Shown: piece by piece, positions 37,062 through 46,795 of the stretch
Position numbering within the stretch: position 1 is the first letter of the stretch
Layout of the letters: each line of letters begins with the position of its first letter
Position numbers and translations under genes: made by a program
DNA from: Gemmatimonadota bacterium
GTDB lineage: Bacteria > Gemmatimonadota > Gemmatimonadetes > Palauibacterales > Palauibacteraceae
Length of the DNA: 64,000 nt
Direction of reading: 5' to 3'
Assembly (NCBI GenBank): GCA_022825725.1
Contig: JAJDWE010000055.1
Span: forward strand, 28,919 to 92,918
The notes under the pieces: generated by a model
Database searches by the model: none
Told to the model about the DNA's origin: nothing
Seen by the model: only the letters and a program-made list of their open reading frames with translations

Positions 37062-38429
37062 CTAGAGCTCCGCGACGGCGGTGGACAGGTTGTCGAGGGC
37101 ACGCTGCACGAGCGTGCGCGAGGTCGCGATGTTCATCCGCATGTGCCCCTCGCCGCCGGTCCCGTAGCTGGGCCCGTTGTTGAGATAGATGCGCGCATTC
37201 TCGGCGAGCCAGCGCTGGAGGATGCTCTCCGGCGACACCGGATCCGCGGCCGTCCGGTTCTCGTAGTCCGCCTTCCCCTGCGCGTCGATGCGGTCCATCA
37301 ACCCGCTCATGTCGAGCCACGCGAGGAAGGTGCCCTCCGCCTTCGTGTACTTCACGCCCGGCACGTTGTCGCGAATGTACGACTCGGTGAGGTCGTGGTT
37401 GCCGTCGAGGTAGACGAGGAGCTGGTCGAGCCATTCATCGCCCTCGTTGTTGGCGGCGCGGGCGGCGTACATGCCCAGCGTGCTGAGGTCCGCCCGCGTG
37501 TACTGGCGCAGGCGCGTCATGAAGGAGGGGTTGGTCGAGAAGTACCAGGCGACCTTGTTGGCGGCGAGGCTGAAGGTCTTGCTGTTGGATTTGAAGGTGA
37601 CGCTGTTGTCGGCGATCTTCGGGTCGAGGCTGGCGAACGGCGTGTACTTCTGTCCCTTCGTCACGAAATCGCAGTGGATCTCGTCGGAGAGCACCGGCAC
37701 GCCGTGCTCGAGACAGATCTCGCCCATGCGCGTCATGTCTTCCGCCGACCAGCAGTTTCCGGTCGGGTTCTGCGGGTTGCACAGGATGAAGGCGTGGACC
37801 CGCTGTACGCGGCGCTCGAAATCGTCCCAGTCGATCTCGTAGACGCCGTCGACCACCTTCATCTCGCTGTCCTCGGCCACGTTCCGCGCGAAGCGCAGGT
37901 CCGAGTAGAAGCCGTTGTAGGTCGGGGTCGTCATGAGGACCCGGCTGCCGGGAGGCGCGAAGGTGTGCAGTCCCGCGATGATTCCCGGGTGGACCCCGCT
38001 GGTCCAGACGATCGTCGAGGGGTCGATGTCGAGGTCGTAGCGGCGCTGGTTCCAGGCCACGACGGCATCCGTGAAGGAGCTGTCGCGGTGCTGGTAGCCC
38101 CAGTTCTCGTGCGCGGAGCGCTCGGCGATCGCCTGGGTGATGCACGGCGCGGCGCGGAAGTCCATGTCGGCGATCCCCATGCCGACCTCGATCTCCGGGC
38201 CGAACTGCTCGATGGCGCGGTCCCACTTGACGCAGTCGGTCCCGCGCCGGTCGTAGATCTCGTCGAAGTCGAAATCCTCGCGGGCGGCGAGCCCGGCCGG
38301 GGTGACACCGGTCGCGGCCACCTCGCTCGCGAGCGCCGAACGCGCGCCGACGGCGCCCAGAACGGCGGTGGCTCCCGTGCTCTTGAGAAACGCCCGGCGG
38401 TTCAGACCGTGATTCCGCAGCATTTGCAC
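37062..38429 (-). CDS. PLP-dependent aminotransferase class I/II C-S lyase (MalY/PatB-like) with a Tat signal peptide
   Basis: Twin-arginine motif NRRAFLKSTGATAVLGAVGARSALA at the N-terminus. Aminotransferase fold with PLP lysine SKTFSLAANKVAW, MalY/PatB-like overall. Confidence 0.7.
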   Translation of the reverse strand: MQMLRNHGLNRRAFLKSTGATAVLGAVGARSALASEVAATGVTPAGLAAREDFDFDEIYDRRGTDCVKWDRAIEQFGPEIEVGMGIADMDFRAAPCITQAIAERSAHENWGYQHRDSSFTDAVVAWNQRRYDLDIDPSTIVWTSGVHPGIIAGLHTFAPPGSRVLMTTPTYNGFYSDLRFARNVAEDSEMKVVDGVYEIDWDDFERRVQRVHAFILCNPQNPTGNCWSAEDMTRMGEICLEHGVPVLSDEIHCDFVTKGQKYTPFASLDPKIADNSVTFKSNSKTFSLAANKVAWYFSTNPSFMTRLRQYTRADLSTLGMYAARAANNEGDEWLDQLLVYLDGNHDLTESYIRDNVPGVKYTKAEGTFLAWLDMSGLMDRIDAQGKADYENRTAADPVSPESILQRWLAENARIYLNNGPSYGTGGEGHMRMNIATSRTLVQRALDNLSTAVAEL

Positions 38430-38533
38430 GCCCTCCTCGGATATTTCCCTCGTGGCGGATCGAGGCCGCCAATCCGATTCAGGGTGGTCGAAACATCGCG
38501 CTCAGGCAAGACTCGCGGCGTCTCGGCCGACCG

Positions 38534-39103
38534 TCAGTCGAGGCGCCCGATGCGGGCCGAACTCTCCGCCACGCCGGCTTCGACGCCCGCCTCCCGGTAG
38601 AGGTCCCGGGCCTCCCGCCACAGTGCCCGCGCTTCGTCGTGCTCGCCGAGGGTCTCGCGAAGGATTGCCATCGGTCGCACCGCGTTGGCGAAGTCCAGCG
38701 CCTGGCGGGCAGGGTGCGCCCGGTAAACGGTCAGCGCCTCCGCGTAGCAGCGCTCGGCTTCCCGAGGGTCGCCCGTCTCGCGCAGGACGTCGCCCAGGTG
38801 GCGCACGGTGTGAGCGAGCACAAGCGGATCATCTCCCCGGCGGCAGAGCGGGACGGCTTCGCGATACAGCCGGAGGGCGACATCGAGTCGTCCCCGGCCG
38901 CGTTCGACGTTCGCGCGGCCATGCAGCGCGCGGGCGAGCGCAACCGGATCGTCGTGCTCCCGCGCCAGCGCGACTGCCGCCTTCATGTGCCGCATCGCCT
39001 CGCGCGGCCGGTCCTCCCGCCGCGCGGCCATCCCCCGCAGGACGAGCGACTCGACGACGTGCCGGGGCGCATCGCCGGTTTCCAGGGGAACCCCTTCCGG
39101 CAT
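38534..39103 (-). CDS. small tetratricopeptide-repeat protein
   Basis: 189 aa of TPR-like helical hairpins (ALARALHGRANVERGRGRLDVALRLYREAV...). Confidence 0.5.
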   Translation of the reverse strand: MPEGVPLETGDAPRHVVESLVLRGMAARREDRPREAMRHMKAAVALAREHDDPVALARALHGRANVERGRGRLDVALRLYREAVPLCRRGDDPLVLAHTVRHLGDVLRETGDPREAERCYAEALTVYRAHPARQALDFANAVRPMAILRETLGEHDEARALWREARDLYREAGVEAGVAESSARIGRLD

Positions 39104-39107
39104 GGGC

Positions 39108-39689
39108 CTATCCTCCGCGCGGGACCGGAGCCGAAGAGTGGCCGGACAGGATCCGCCACCCTCCCGTCTCGTGGACCCACAGCATCGTCACGGCGCCCCC
39201 GTAGCTGAACTCGAATCCACCCTCCCCGCTGAGGGTGCTCTCAAAGCGGGACCGCACCTGTGCGAGGCCGGGTGCCAGCGGCTCGATGTCCGTCTCCGAG
39301 TACTCCGTCGTGACCCGCATCCCCGGACCGAGATCCGCGAGGGCGGCGCGTACGTCGCCGGCGGACTCGTAGCGCAATTCCCCGTTTTCGTAGAAGCGGA
39401 ACGAGGGTGAGTCCGAATAGAAATCGCCCGCGGCCTCCCAGGCCGACGCGATCCCCATGGCCCGGAACTCCTCGAGAGTCGCCACCACGCTGTCGCGAAT
39501 CGCCTCGGCGTGCGCATCCGTCAACGTCGCGGGAGTCGATTGGCATCCGACGCCGAGCAAGATGGCGAGGCCGGCCAGATACGCGCGTGACGGCGGGCGG
39601 GGGCGATGCGGGTGCGGCTGGAGTCTCACTGGTCCTCCCGTGCAGGGGTTGATCGATTGTGCGGCCGAGGCTGTGGGCCGCTGCAACAT
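39108..39689 (-). CDS. lipoprotein with an NTF2-like/SnoaL-like (DUF4440-type) domain. The start is uncertain.
   Basis: Lipobox LAILLGVGCQ followed by AIRDSVVATLEEFRAMGIASAWEAAGDFY...MLWVHETGGWRI, typical of the NTF2-like fold. The annotated ORF to 40337 has a non-credible Arg-rich N-terminus. Confidence 0.5.
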   Translation of the reverse strand: MLQRPTASAAQSINPCTGGPVRLQPHPHRPRPPSRAYLAGLAILLGVGCQSTPATLTDAHAEAIRDSVVATLEEFRAMGIASAWEAAGDFYSDSPSFRFYENGELRYESAGDVRAALADLGPGMRVTTEYSETDIEPLAPGLAQVRSRFESTLSGEGGFEFSYGGAVTMLWVHETGGWRILSGHSSAPVPRGG

Positions 39690-39806
39690 ATCGCGGGCTG
39701 CTGCAACGCGGATGGGCCCGGCGCGCCGCGCATGCCGCTTGCGGAGGGTCCTCGGGGGGGTCCAGCTTTGGACCTTCGCACCGCCCCACCTCGCCCCAGG
39801 AGTTCG

Positions 39807-42356
39807 ATGATGAGGATCCTCCGCAGCCTTCCCGTCTTCTTCGCTCTCGCGTCGGCTGGCGCCGCGCCTCCGCCGCTGGCCGCCCAGGATGAAGAGGAGA
39901 AGGCCGGGCTCGATATCCCGCAGGGGTACATACTGCCCGATGCGACGGTGCAGGATCTCTTCGCGACCGACCCCAACTACGCGACGCTGGACCATGTGAG
40001 TCCGGACGGCGACCACTTCGTCGTCCCGCTCTCCACCGAGCTCTCGACGCTGGCCGAGGTGGGGGAGGAGACGCTCCGCCTCGGGATGCTGGAACTCCGG
40101 GCGCGCACGGACCGCCCGTGGCACCTCGACATCTACGGCCTGTATGGCTTCCGCTTCTATTCGCTGAGCGCGCGCGCCTTTACGGACGTAGATCTGCCGG
40201 AGGGGATCTACGTGAGCGACCTCATGTGGTCGCCGGACGGGTCCCGGCTCGCCTTCCTCGCGCACCTCGAGGAGCGCACGGAGGTCTGGATCGCCGATAC
40301 GGCCGACGGCAGCGTGACGTCGGCCGGCGACGTCCACGTAATCAGCTCCATCGGGACCTCGTCGAGGGGCCAGGGATCCGCGCCCTCCCGCATGCTGCAG
40401 TGGACCGCTTCAGGTTCGCTGCTCACGCTCGCGGAGCCGGCGGACCGCGGATCCTCGCCGCCGGCTCCGGCGCTGCCGTCGGGACCGACGATCCGCCACA
40501 CGCGCGCGGAGGCGACGCCGACGCGCACGATGCCTTTTCTGCTGGAGGACGCGCACGGCGCGGACCTGTTCGAGCACTACACGCGCAGCCAGATCGTGGA
40601 ACTGGCGCCCGGCCGGTCGCCCCGGGCGGTCGGCGAGCCGGGGATGTACGAGTCGCTGTCGGCGAGCCCCGACGGACGTCACGTGATCGCGACGCGCCTC
40701 ACCCGTCCCTTCTCCTACATCGCGAGCTATACCGCCTTCCCGCGCGTCACCGAGGTGCTCGACGTGGAGAGCGGGGATGTGCTCGCCACGCTGGAAGAAC
40801 GCGAACTGCGGGAGAGCGGTCGCGGCGGCGGACCGGGAGGCGGAGGCAGCGACCCGCGCGCATGGTCATGGCGTCCGGATGGGAGCGGGATCTCCTACCT
40901 GCAGCGCGCGGAGGCCGGAGACGACGCGGAGGCCGGCGAAGGCGACGACGGCGAAGACCGTCCCGACCGGGTCATGCTGCTGCGCGCGCCGTTCGATGGC
41001 GATGCGGAGGTCGTGGCGACGAGCGAGGACCGGATCTCGGACGTCACCTACTCCGCGGACGGCCGCCACGCCTTCGCCGCCGTGCGCCGCGGCGGGGATG
41101 CCGCGCTCGTGCACTACGGGCTGGGCGGGAGCGATCCGGAAGGACACACGCTCGTCCCCTTCCACGATCCCGGCGACGCGCTCGAACTCCCGGGTGATCT
41201 CCTCACGGCGCGGAGCGGGAACGGGATCGAGTACGCGTGGGTGTCGTCCGATGGGGGCAGCGCCTACCTGCGCGGCGATGGTTGGAAGGAGGACTTCCGG
41301 CCGCAGCCCTTCGTCGACCGGCTGTCGATCCCCGACGGGGCCACGGAGCGCCTGTTCGAAGGGTTGCGCGACAGCTTCGACCAGCCGCTGGTCCCGCTCG
41401 ACGCCGATCTGGAACGCATGGTCGTGAGCCGGGAAGGGAAGAACACGTTCCCGGACAGCTACCTGTGGACCGGGGACGGCGGGATGGAGAATCTGACGCG
41501 GAACGTGGATCCGTTCCCGCAGCTCACCGCCGCGCGGCGCATCGACTTCGAGTTCACCCGCCGCGACGGGCTCGAGGTCCAGGGGCGGGTGTCGCTGCCC
41601 GTCGACTACGTCGAGGGCTCGCGGGTGCCCGCCATCTTCTGGACCTATCCCCGCGAGTACCGGAGCGAGGACGACTTCGACAACGCGACGATCCGCGCGC
41701 GCAACCTCAACGCGTACACGAATCTGACCTGGCTGCGCTGGTCCGACATCTGGCTCACGCAGGGGTACGCGCTCGTCTATCCCGACATCCCGATCGTCGG
41801 CGAGAACTACAACGACTACTACATCTCGAACATGGTCGACGGTATGTACGCGGCAATCCGCGCAGTCGACGCGCTCGGCGTCGTCGACATGGACCGGATC
41901 GGGCACGGCGGCCACAGCTACGGCGCCTTCGCGACGGCGAACTTCCTCGCCCACACGCCCTTCTTCAAGGCGGGGATCGCGGGGGACGGCGCCTACAACC
42001 GCTCGCTCACGCCGATGGGCTTCCAGGCCGAGCCGCGCGATATCTGGGAGGCGCCCCACGTCTACATGGAGATGTCCCCGTTCTTCAAGGCGGACCAGAT
42101 CAACACCCCGCTCCTGCTCTACCACGGGGCGGACGACAACAACCCGGGCACCTATCCCATCCAGTCGAGGAGGATGATTCAGGCGCTCACGGGGCTCGGG
42201 AAGACGGCGGCGCTGTTCGAGTACCCCTTCGAGTCGCACACGCCGCGCGCGATCGAGAACAACCTCGACATGTGGGCGCGCTGGATCGGCTGGTTCGACC
42301 AGTACGTGAAGGGCGCCGGGAAGGACGACGCGCGCACGACGACCGACTCGCCGTGA
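39807..42356 (+). CDS. S9-family serine peptidase (prolyl oligopeptidase/DPP-like) with an N-terminal β-propeller
   Basis: Signal peptide MMRILRSLPVFFALASAGAAPPPLAAQ (ATG 39807 verified). C-terminal α/β-hydrolase with nucleophile GHGGHSYGAF (GxSxG) and the YHGADDNNPG Asp/His region. Propeller-like N-terminal two-thirds. Confidence 0.8.
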   Translation: MMRILRSLPVFFALASAGAAPPPLAAQDEEEKAGLDIPQGYILPDATVQDLFATDPNYATLDHVSPDGDHFVVPLSTELSTLAEVGEETLRLGMLELRARTDRPWHLDIYGLYGFRFYSLSARAFTDVDLPEGIYVSDLMWSPDGSRLAFLAHLEERTEVWIADTADGSVTSAGDVHVISSIGTSSRGQGSAPSRMLQWTASGSLLTLAEPADRGSSPPAPALPSGPTIRHTRAEATPTRTMPFLLEDAHGADLFEHYTRSQIVELAPGRSPRAVGEPGMYESLSASPDGRHVIATRLTRPFSYIASYTAFPRVTEVLDVESGDVLATLEERELRESGRGGGPGGGGSDPRAWSWRPDGSGISYLQRAEAGDDAEAGEGDDGEDRPDRVMLLRAPFDGDAEVVATSEDRISDVTYSADGRHAFAAVRRGGDAALVHYGLGGSDPEGHTLVPFHDPGDALELPGDLLTARSGNGIEYAWVSSDGGSAYLRGDGWKEDFRPQPFVDRLSIPDGATERLFEGLRDSFDQPLVPLDADLERMVVSREGKNTFPDSYLWTGDGGMENLTRNVDPFPQLTAARRIDFEFTRRDGLEVQGRVSLPVDYVEGSRVPAIFWTYPREYRSEDDFDNATIRARNLNAYTNLTWLRWSDIWLTQGYALVYPDIPIVGENYNDYYISNMVDGMYAAIRAVDALGVVDMDRIGHGGHSYGAFATANFLAHTPFFKAGIAGDGAYNRSLTPMGFQAEPRDIWEAPHVYMEMSPFFKADQINTPLLLYHGADDNNPGTYPIQSRRMIQALTGLGKTAALFEYPFESHTPRAIENNLDMWARWIGWFDQYVKGAGKDDARTTTDSP

Positions 42357-42976
42357 AGCCGGCCCGCGCCGCGGCGCTGGGTCTTCTGGCCGGCGTCGTT
42401 GTGGGCGGCGCCGGCGGGGTCGCGCTGGGCGGCTTCGGCGGGTTCGGTCGCGGGAGCGCGGACGGCGGTGCGGCGGCGGACATCCTGGCGGGGCTGGTGG
42501 AGCGGCAGGACGAGCGCCTCGGGCAACTCGCGCAGGCCGCCGACGAATCCGCGCAGCTGCAGCGCGAACTCGCCCTCGCCCTCTTCTACCGCCTGCAGGA
42601 GTTCCGGCGCTTCGGGCTCGAGGGGCAGATCGTGACCTGGGTCGTACCGGGAGCTTCGGCGGGCTCCGCCGACCCGCTGGGCGGCGCTCTGGCCGGCGCC
42701 GTCCGCCTGCCCCAGTTGGCCGTGGACGCGGCGACGCGGGCGGAATGGCGCGCCGTCTCCGAGCGTCTCGCCGCCGTCGGGGCCGAGGTGGACCCCACCG
42801 TGTTCTCCGCCTTCGAGGACGTGCTCGAGTTCGTCGGACGCCGCCCCTGGCCGGGACGCTCGGGGCTGGCGGCGGCCACCGCCTCGGGTTGGGCGGATCC
42901 CGCGACGGTGGAGGCGTGGCTGTCGCTCAACCGGGCCCTCGTCGGCCGCGCGGATGCCATCCTCTCCGGATTCTGA
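42353..42976 (+). CDS. hypothetical membrane-anchored protein (GTG start overlapping the peptidase stop)
   Basis: GTG at 42353 overlaps the TGA at 42354-42356. Hydrophobic Gly-rich N-terminus (AAALGLLAGVVVGGAGGVALGG) and an Ala/Leu-rich helical remainder. Weak call. Confidence 0.3.
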   Translation: MKPARAAALGLLAGVVVGGAGGVALGGFGGFGRGSADGGAAADILAGLVERQDERLGQLAQAADESAQLQRELALALFYRLQEFRRFGLEGQIVTWVVPGASAGSADPLGGALAGAVRLPQLAVDAATRAEWRAVSERLAAVGAEVDPTVFSAFEDVLEFVGRRPWPGRSGLAAATASGWADPATVEAWLSLNRALVGRADAILSGF

Positions 42977-42992
42977 GCGCTCCCCCCGCTTC

Positions 42993-45900
42993 ATGAACCG
43001 CCCCGGCAGCCCGCGGCGAAGGCCCGCGTCGTACCCGTCACGGTCCGCAGGACCCCGGATCGCCAGCCGTAGCGCTTACAGCGTGCTGCTGGCCGCGGCC
43101 GGCGCCTGTGGTCCGACCGACTTCTCCGCTCCCTCGCAGCCGGTGGAGTGGACGGAGGTGCCGGGCGCCCGCTGGCGGCCGTTGGCAGTGGAAGGCGGCG
43201 AGCCCGGGTTCACCTCCGTTCCGCCCTCCTGGTCCGGGGTCGGCTTCGGCAACGTGCTGTCGGATTCGAGCTTCATCGAGAACCAGATGCGGGGCAACGG
43301 CTCGGGAGTGGCGGCGGGCGACGTGAACGGGGATGGCCGGCCGGACCTCTACCTCGCTCGTCTCGAGGGGCCCAACGCCCTCTACCTCAACCTGGGCGAC
43401 TGGCGGTTCCGTGAGGCGGCTGCGGAGAACGGCGTTGCCGCAGGAGACCGGTTCTCGACCGGCGCCACGCTCGTGGACGTGGACGGAGACGGCGACCTCG
43501 ATCTCCTGCTCACCTCCATCGAGGGTCCGAAGTCCCTCTTCCTCAACGACGGAGCGGGGCGATTCGCGGAGGCACCGGCGGCCGGACTCCTGGACTCGCG
43601 GGGAGGGATGTCGAGCGCGCTGGCCGACATCGACGGAGACGGGGATCTCGACCTCTATCTCACGCGTTACAAGAGCCGCTCCGTACTCGATCTCTTTCCC
43701 GGGGACGAGGTCGCCTTCCCCAATACGGTGCGGCGGACGGGGCGGGGGTTCGAGGTCGTGGAGCGCTTCGCCGGCCACTACGAACTCGCGTGGCGGGCGG
43801 ACGGCGTCGTGCGGCTCGAAAGGGGGGAGGCCGACGAACTCTATCTGAACGAGTTCAACGAAGGCGGCGGAGAAGGCGGCGGCGGCTTTCGTCACGTCCC
43901 TTTCTCCTCCGGCGCCTTCCTCGACGCCGACGGCACGCCGCTGGGGGGCGCCCCGACCGAATGGGGGCTGGCGGCCCGCTTCGGGGATCTGGACGACGAC
44001 GGGGACCCGGACCTCTACGTCGCGAACGATCTCCACAGTCCCGACCGGCTGTGGATCAACCGTGGGGACGGCACCTTCCGCCTGCCGCCGCCCCACGCGC
44101 TTCCCATGACGAGCGCTTCCTCGATGGCGGTGGACTTCTCGGACGTCGACCGGGACGGCGACGCGGACGTCTTCGTGCTCGACATGCTGGCCCGCGACTC
44201 GCGCTCAAGGAAAACCCAGGATCCGGTGTCGCGCGTGGAGCACACGCCGCCCGGCGAGGCCTCCGGGGCGCAGCAGGTGAACCGCAACACGCTGCTCGCC
44301 AGCCGAGGGGACGGCACGTGGGCGGAGATCGGGCGCCAGGCGGGGGTCGAGGCGTCCGGGTGGTCGTGGTCGGCGCTCTTCGTCGACGTGGACCTGGACG
44401 GATTCGAGGATCTCCTCATCCCGAACGGCCACATCCGGGACCTCATGGACGCGGACACCCAGATCTCGATCCGGGAGGCCGGGCTCTCCGGCGAGCGCGA
44501 GTCCACCCTCCTTTACCGTCCGCTGCCTTTGCACAACGTGGCCTTCCGGAACCTGGGCGGGACCGGATTCGAGGAGGTGGGGCGCGCGTGGGGCGTGGCG
44601 CCGGAGCCGGACGTGTCGCACGGGGCGGCGCTGGCGGACTTCGACGGAGACGGGGATCTGGACGCGGTCGTGAACCGGCTGGGCAGCCCGGCGCTCCTGC
44701 TGCGCAACGACGCCGCGGCGCCCCGGCTCGCCGTCCGCCTCCGGGGGGAGGCGCCCAACACGGCCGGGGTCGGCGCCATGGTGTGGCTCGAGGTCGAGGG
44801 CCTGCCGCGCCAGACGAAAGAGGTCGCGGCGGGCGGCGGGTATCTCTCGGGTTCGGAGGCGATCGTCTCGTTCGCGATGGGGGACGCCGCCGAGGGCACG
44901 CTGGGCGTGGAGTGGCGTGGCGGAGGCCGGTCGGTCGTGCGCGTCGAGGGCCCGAACCGGCTGTACGAGGTGTTCGAGGCGGAGGCGTCGGAGGCGAGCG
45001 GGGCGGGGACGCCTGCACCGGCACCCACCCCTGCGGCGGCCCCGTGGTTCGAACTGGACGAGAGCTTCGGGCCGATCCACGACGAGCCGCCGTTCGCGGA
45101 GGCGGCGCGGCAGCCGCTCCTCCCGCTGCGGCTGTCCCGGATGGGGCCGAGCGTGGCGTGGCACGACCTGGACGGCGACGGGGACCCCGACCTGCTCATG
45201 AGTTCCGGGGCGAACGCGGCGCCGGTGCTCTTCCGGAACGACGGGGGGACGCTCGTCCGCGTGACGCTGGCCGGGCCGCGGGCGCCCGTCGACCAGACCG
45301 CGGTGATCCCGCTCCCGGCGGCGGACACGGCCCGAGTGCTGCTCGGGCTGTCGAGCTACGAGGCGCCGCCGGCGGAGGTGATGCAGGTGCCGGCCGTCGT
45401 GTCGGCGGCGTGGCCTGCGGGCGCCATGACGAGCGTGGCGGTGACGCCGGTCAACCGCGGCGTCGCGCCGGGGACATCGGGCTCGGTGGGCCCGCTGGCC
45501 GTCGCGGACTACGACCTCGACGGACGGCTCGACCTCTTCGCGGGCTCGCGGGTCATGCCGGGCGGCTACCCGCTTGCCGGCCCCTCCCGGCTCTTCCGCG
45601 GCCGTCCGGGCGGCGGCTTCGAGGAGGACCCGCGGGACGCGTCGGTCTTCGAGCGTCTCGGCATGGTGACCGGCGCCGTGTTCACGGATTACGACACGGA
45701 CGGCGACCCGGACCTCGCGCTCTCCGTCGAGTGGGGCCCCGTCCGGCTGCTGCGGAACGACCGGGGGCGCTTCTCCGACGTCACGGAGGCGATCGGCCTG
45801 TCCGCGCACGCCGGGCGCTGGAACGGCGTGTCCGCGGGCGACTTCGACGGGGACGGTCGTCCGGACCTGGTGGCGATCTCGTGGGGAGACAACACCGAGT

Positions 45901-46784
45901 ATCGCCCGACGCCCGCCGCCCCGCTCGAACTCCATTTCGGCGACGTGGACCGCAACGGCACCCTCGACCTCGTGGAGGCGCAGCGGGACGAACGCCTCGG
46001 CGCCGTGGCGCCGCTGGCCGCGCTGGGCCGCCTCGCCGAACACATCCAGCCCGTCGGTGCGCGCATGCCGACGCGCGCGGCCTACGCCGAAGCGGACGTG
46101 GGCCAGGCGCTGGGCGCGTGGCCGGAGGGTCGGCTGGAGGCGGCGGAGCTGCGGCACACGGTGTTCCTGAACCGGGGCGACCGCTTCGAGGCGGCACCGC
46201 TGCCGCGCGAGGCGCAGCAAGCCCCTTCGCTCGGAGTCCTGGTGGCGGACGCGAACGGAGACGGCCGCGAGGACCTGTTCCTGTCCCAGAACTTCTTCGC
46301 CACGGACGAGGACACTCCGCGTTATGACGCCGGCCGCGGGCTGTGGCTCGCGGGCGATGGGCGCGGCGGGTTCCGCCCGGTCTCGGGGCAGGAGTCCGGG
46401 GTCGCCGCCTACGGAGACCAGCGCGGCGCCGCGGCCGCGGACATCGACGGCGACGGACGCCTCGATTTCGTGCTGGGGATCAACGGCGGCGCCGCGCGCC
46501 TCTTCCGCGGAGCCGGCACTTCCCCGGGCCTGCGGGTGCGCCTCGCCGGACCGGCCGGAAACCCCCACGGAATCGGGGCCGTCCTGCGCATGGCGTACGC
46601 CGACGGCCTCGGTCCCGCGCGCGAAGTCAGGGCCGGGTCCGGGACCGGCTCCCACGACGACCCGGTTCAGATCCTGGGACTCTCGGACGACCCCGTCGCC
46701 ATCGAGGTCCGCTGGCCGGGCGGCGTCGTCGAGCGCGTCGACGTCCCCCCCGGCGCCCGCGAGGTCACCATCGGCCCGCCCTGA
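42993..46784 (+). CDS. CRTAC1-family FG-GAP/VCBS-repeat protein with ASPIC/UnbV domains, tandem-duplicated (two units fused)
   Basis: Repeated D-x-D-G-D-G-x-x-D (FG-GAP/calcium-binding) motifs: DVNGDGRPDLYL, DVDGDGDLDLLL, DIDGDGDLDLYL, DLDDDGDPDLYV, DFDGDGDLDAVV, DLDGDGDPDLLM, DFDGDGRPDLVA and DIDGDGRLDFVL. There are two ASPIC/UnbV-like β-sandwich ends (about aa 600-660 and the C-terminus). The N-terminus has a lipobox-like LAAAGACG. Confidence 0.75.
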   Translation: MNRPGSPRRRPASYPSRSAGPRIASRSAYSVLLAAAGACGPTDFSAPSQPVEWTEVPGARWRPLAVEGGEPGFTSVPPSWSGVGFGNVLSDSSFIENQMRGNGSGVAAGDVNGDGRPDLYLARLEGPNALYLNLGDWRFREAAAENGVAAGDRFSTGATLVDVDGDGDLDLLLTSIEGPKSLFLNDGAGRFAEAPAAGLLDSRGGMSSALADIDGDGDLDLYLTRYKSRSVLDLFPGDEVAFPNTVRRTGRGFEVVERFAGHYELAWRADGVVRLERGEADELYLNEFNEGGGEGGGGFRHVPFSSGAFLDADGTPLGGAPTEWGLAARFGDLDDDGDPDLYVANDLHSPDRLWINRGDGTFRLPPPHALPMTSASSMAVDFSDVDRDGDADVFVLDMLARDSRSRKTQDPVSRVEHTPPGEASGAQQVNRNTLLASRGDGTWAEIGRQAGVEASGWSWSALFVDVDLDGFEDLLIPNGHIRDLMDADTQISIREAGLSGERESTLLYRPLPLHNVAFRNLGGTGFEEVGRAWGVAPEPDVSHGAALADFDGDGDLDAVVNRLGSPALLLRNDAAAPRLAVRLRGEAPNTAGVGAMVWLEVEGLPRQTKEVAAGGGYLSGSEAIVSFAMGDAAEGTLGVEWRGGGRSVVRVEGPNRLYEVFEAEASEASGAGTPAPAPTPAAAPWFELDESFGPIHDEPPFAEAARQPLLPLRLSRMGPSVAWHDLDGDGDPDLLMSSGANAAPVLFRNDGGTLVRVTLAGPRAPVDQTAVIPLPAADTARVLLGLSSYEAPPAEVMQVPAVVSAAWPAGAMTSVAVTPVNRGVAPGTSGSVGPLAVADYDLDGRLDLFAGSRVMPGGYPLAGPSRLFRGRPGGGFEEDPRDASVFERLGMVTGAVFTDYDTDGDPDLALSVEWGPVRLLRNDRGRFSDVTEAIGLSAHAGRWNGVSAGDFDGDGRPDLVAISWGDNTEYRPTPAAPLELHFGDVDRNGTLDLVEAQRDERLGAVAPLAALGRLAEHIQPVGARMPTRAAYAEADVGQALGAWPEGRLEAAELRHTVFLNRGDRFEAAPLPREAQQAPSLGVLVADANGDGREDLFLSQNFFATDEDTPRYDAGRGLWLAGDGRGGFRPVSGQESGVAAYGDQRGAAAADIDGDGRLDFVLGINGGAARLFRGAGTSPGLRVRLAGPAGNPHGIGAVLRMAYADGLGPAREVRAGSGTGSHDDPVQILGLSDDPVAIEVRWPGGVVERVDVPPGAREVTIGPP

Positions 46785-46795
46785 CACTCCGCGCC

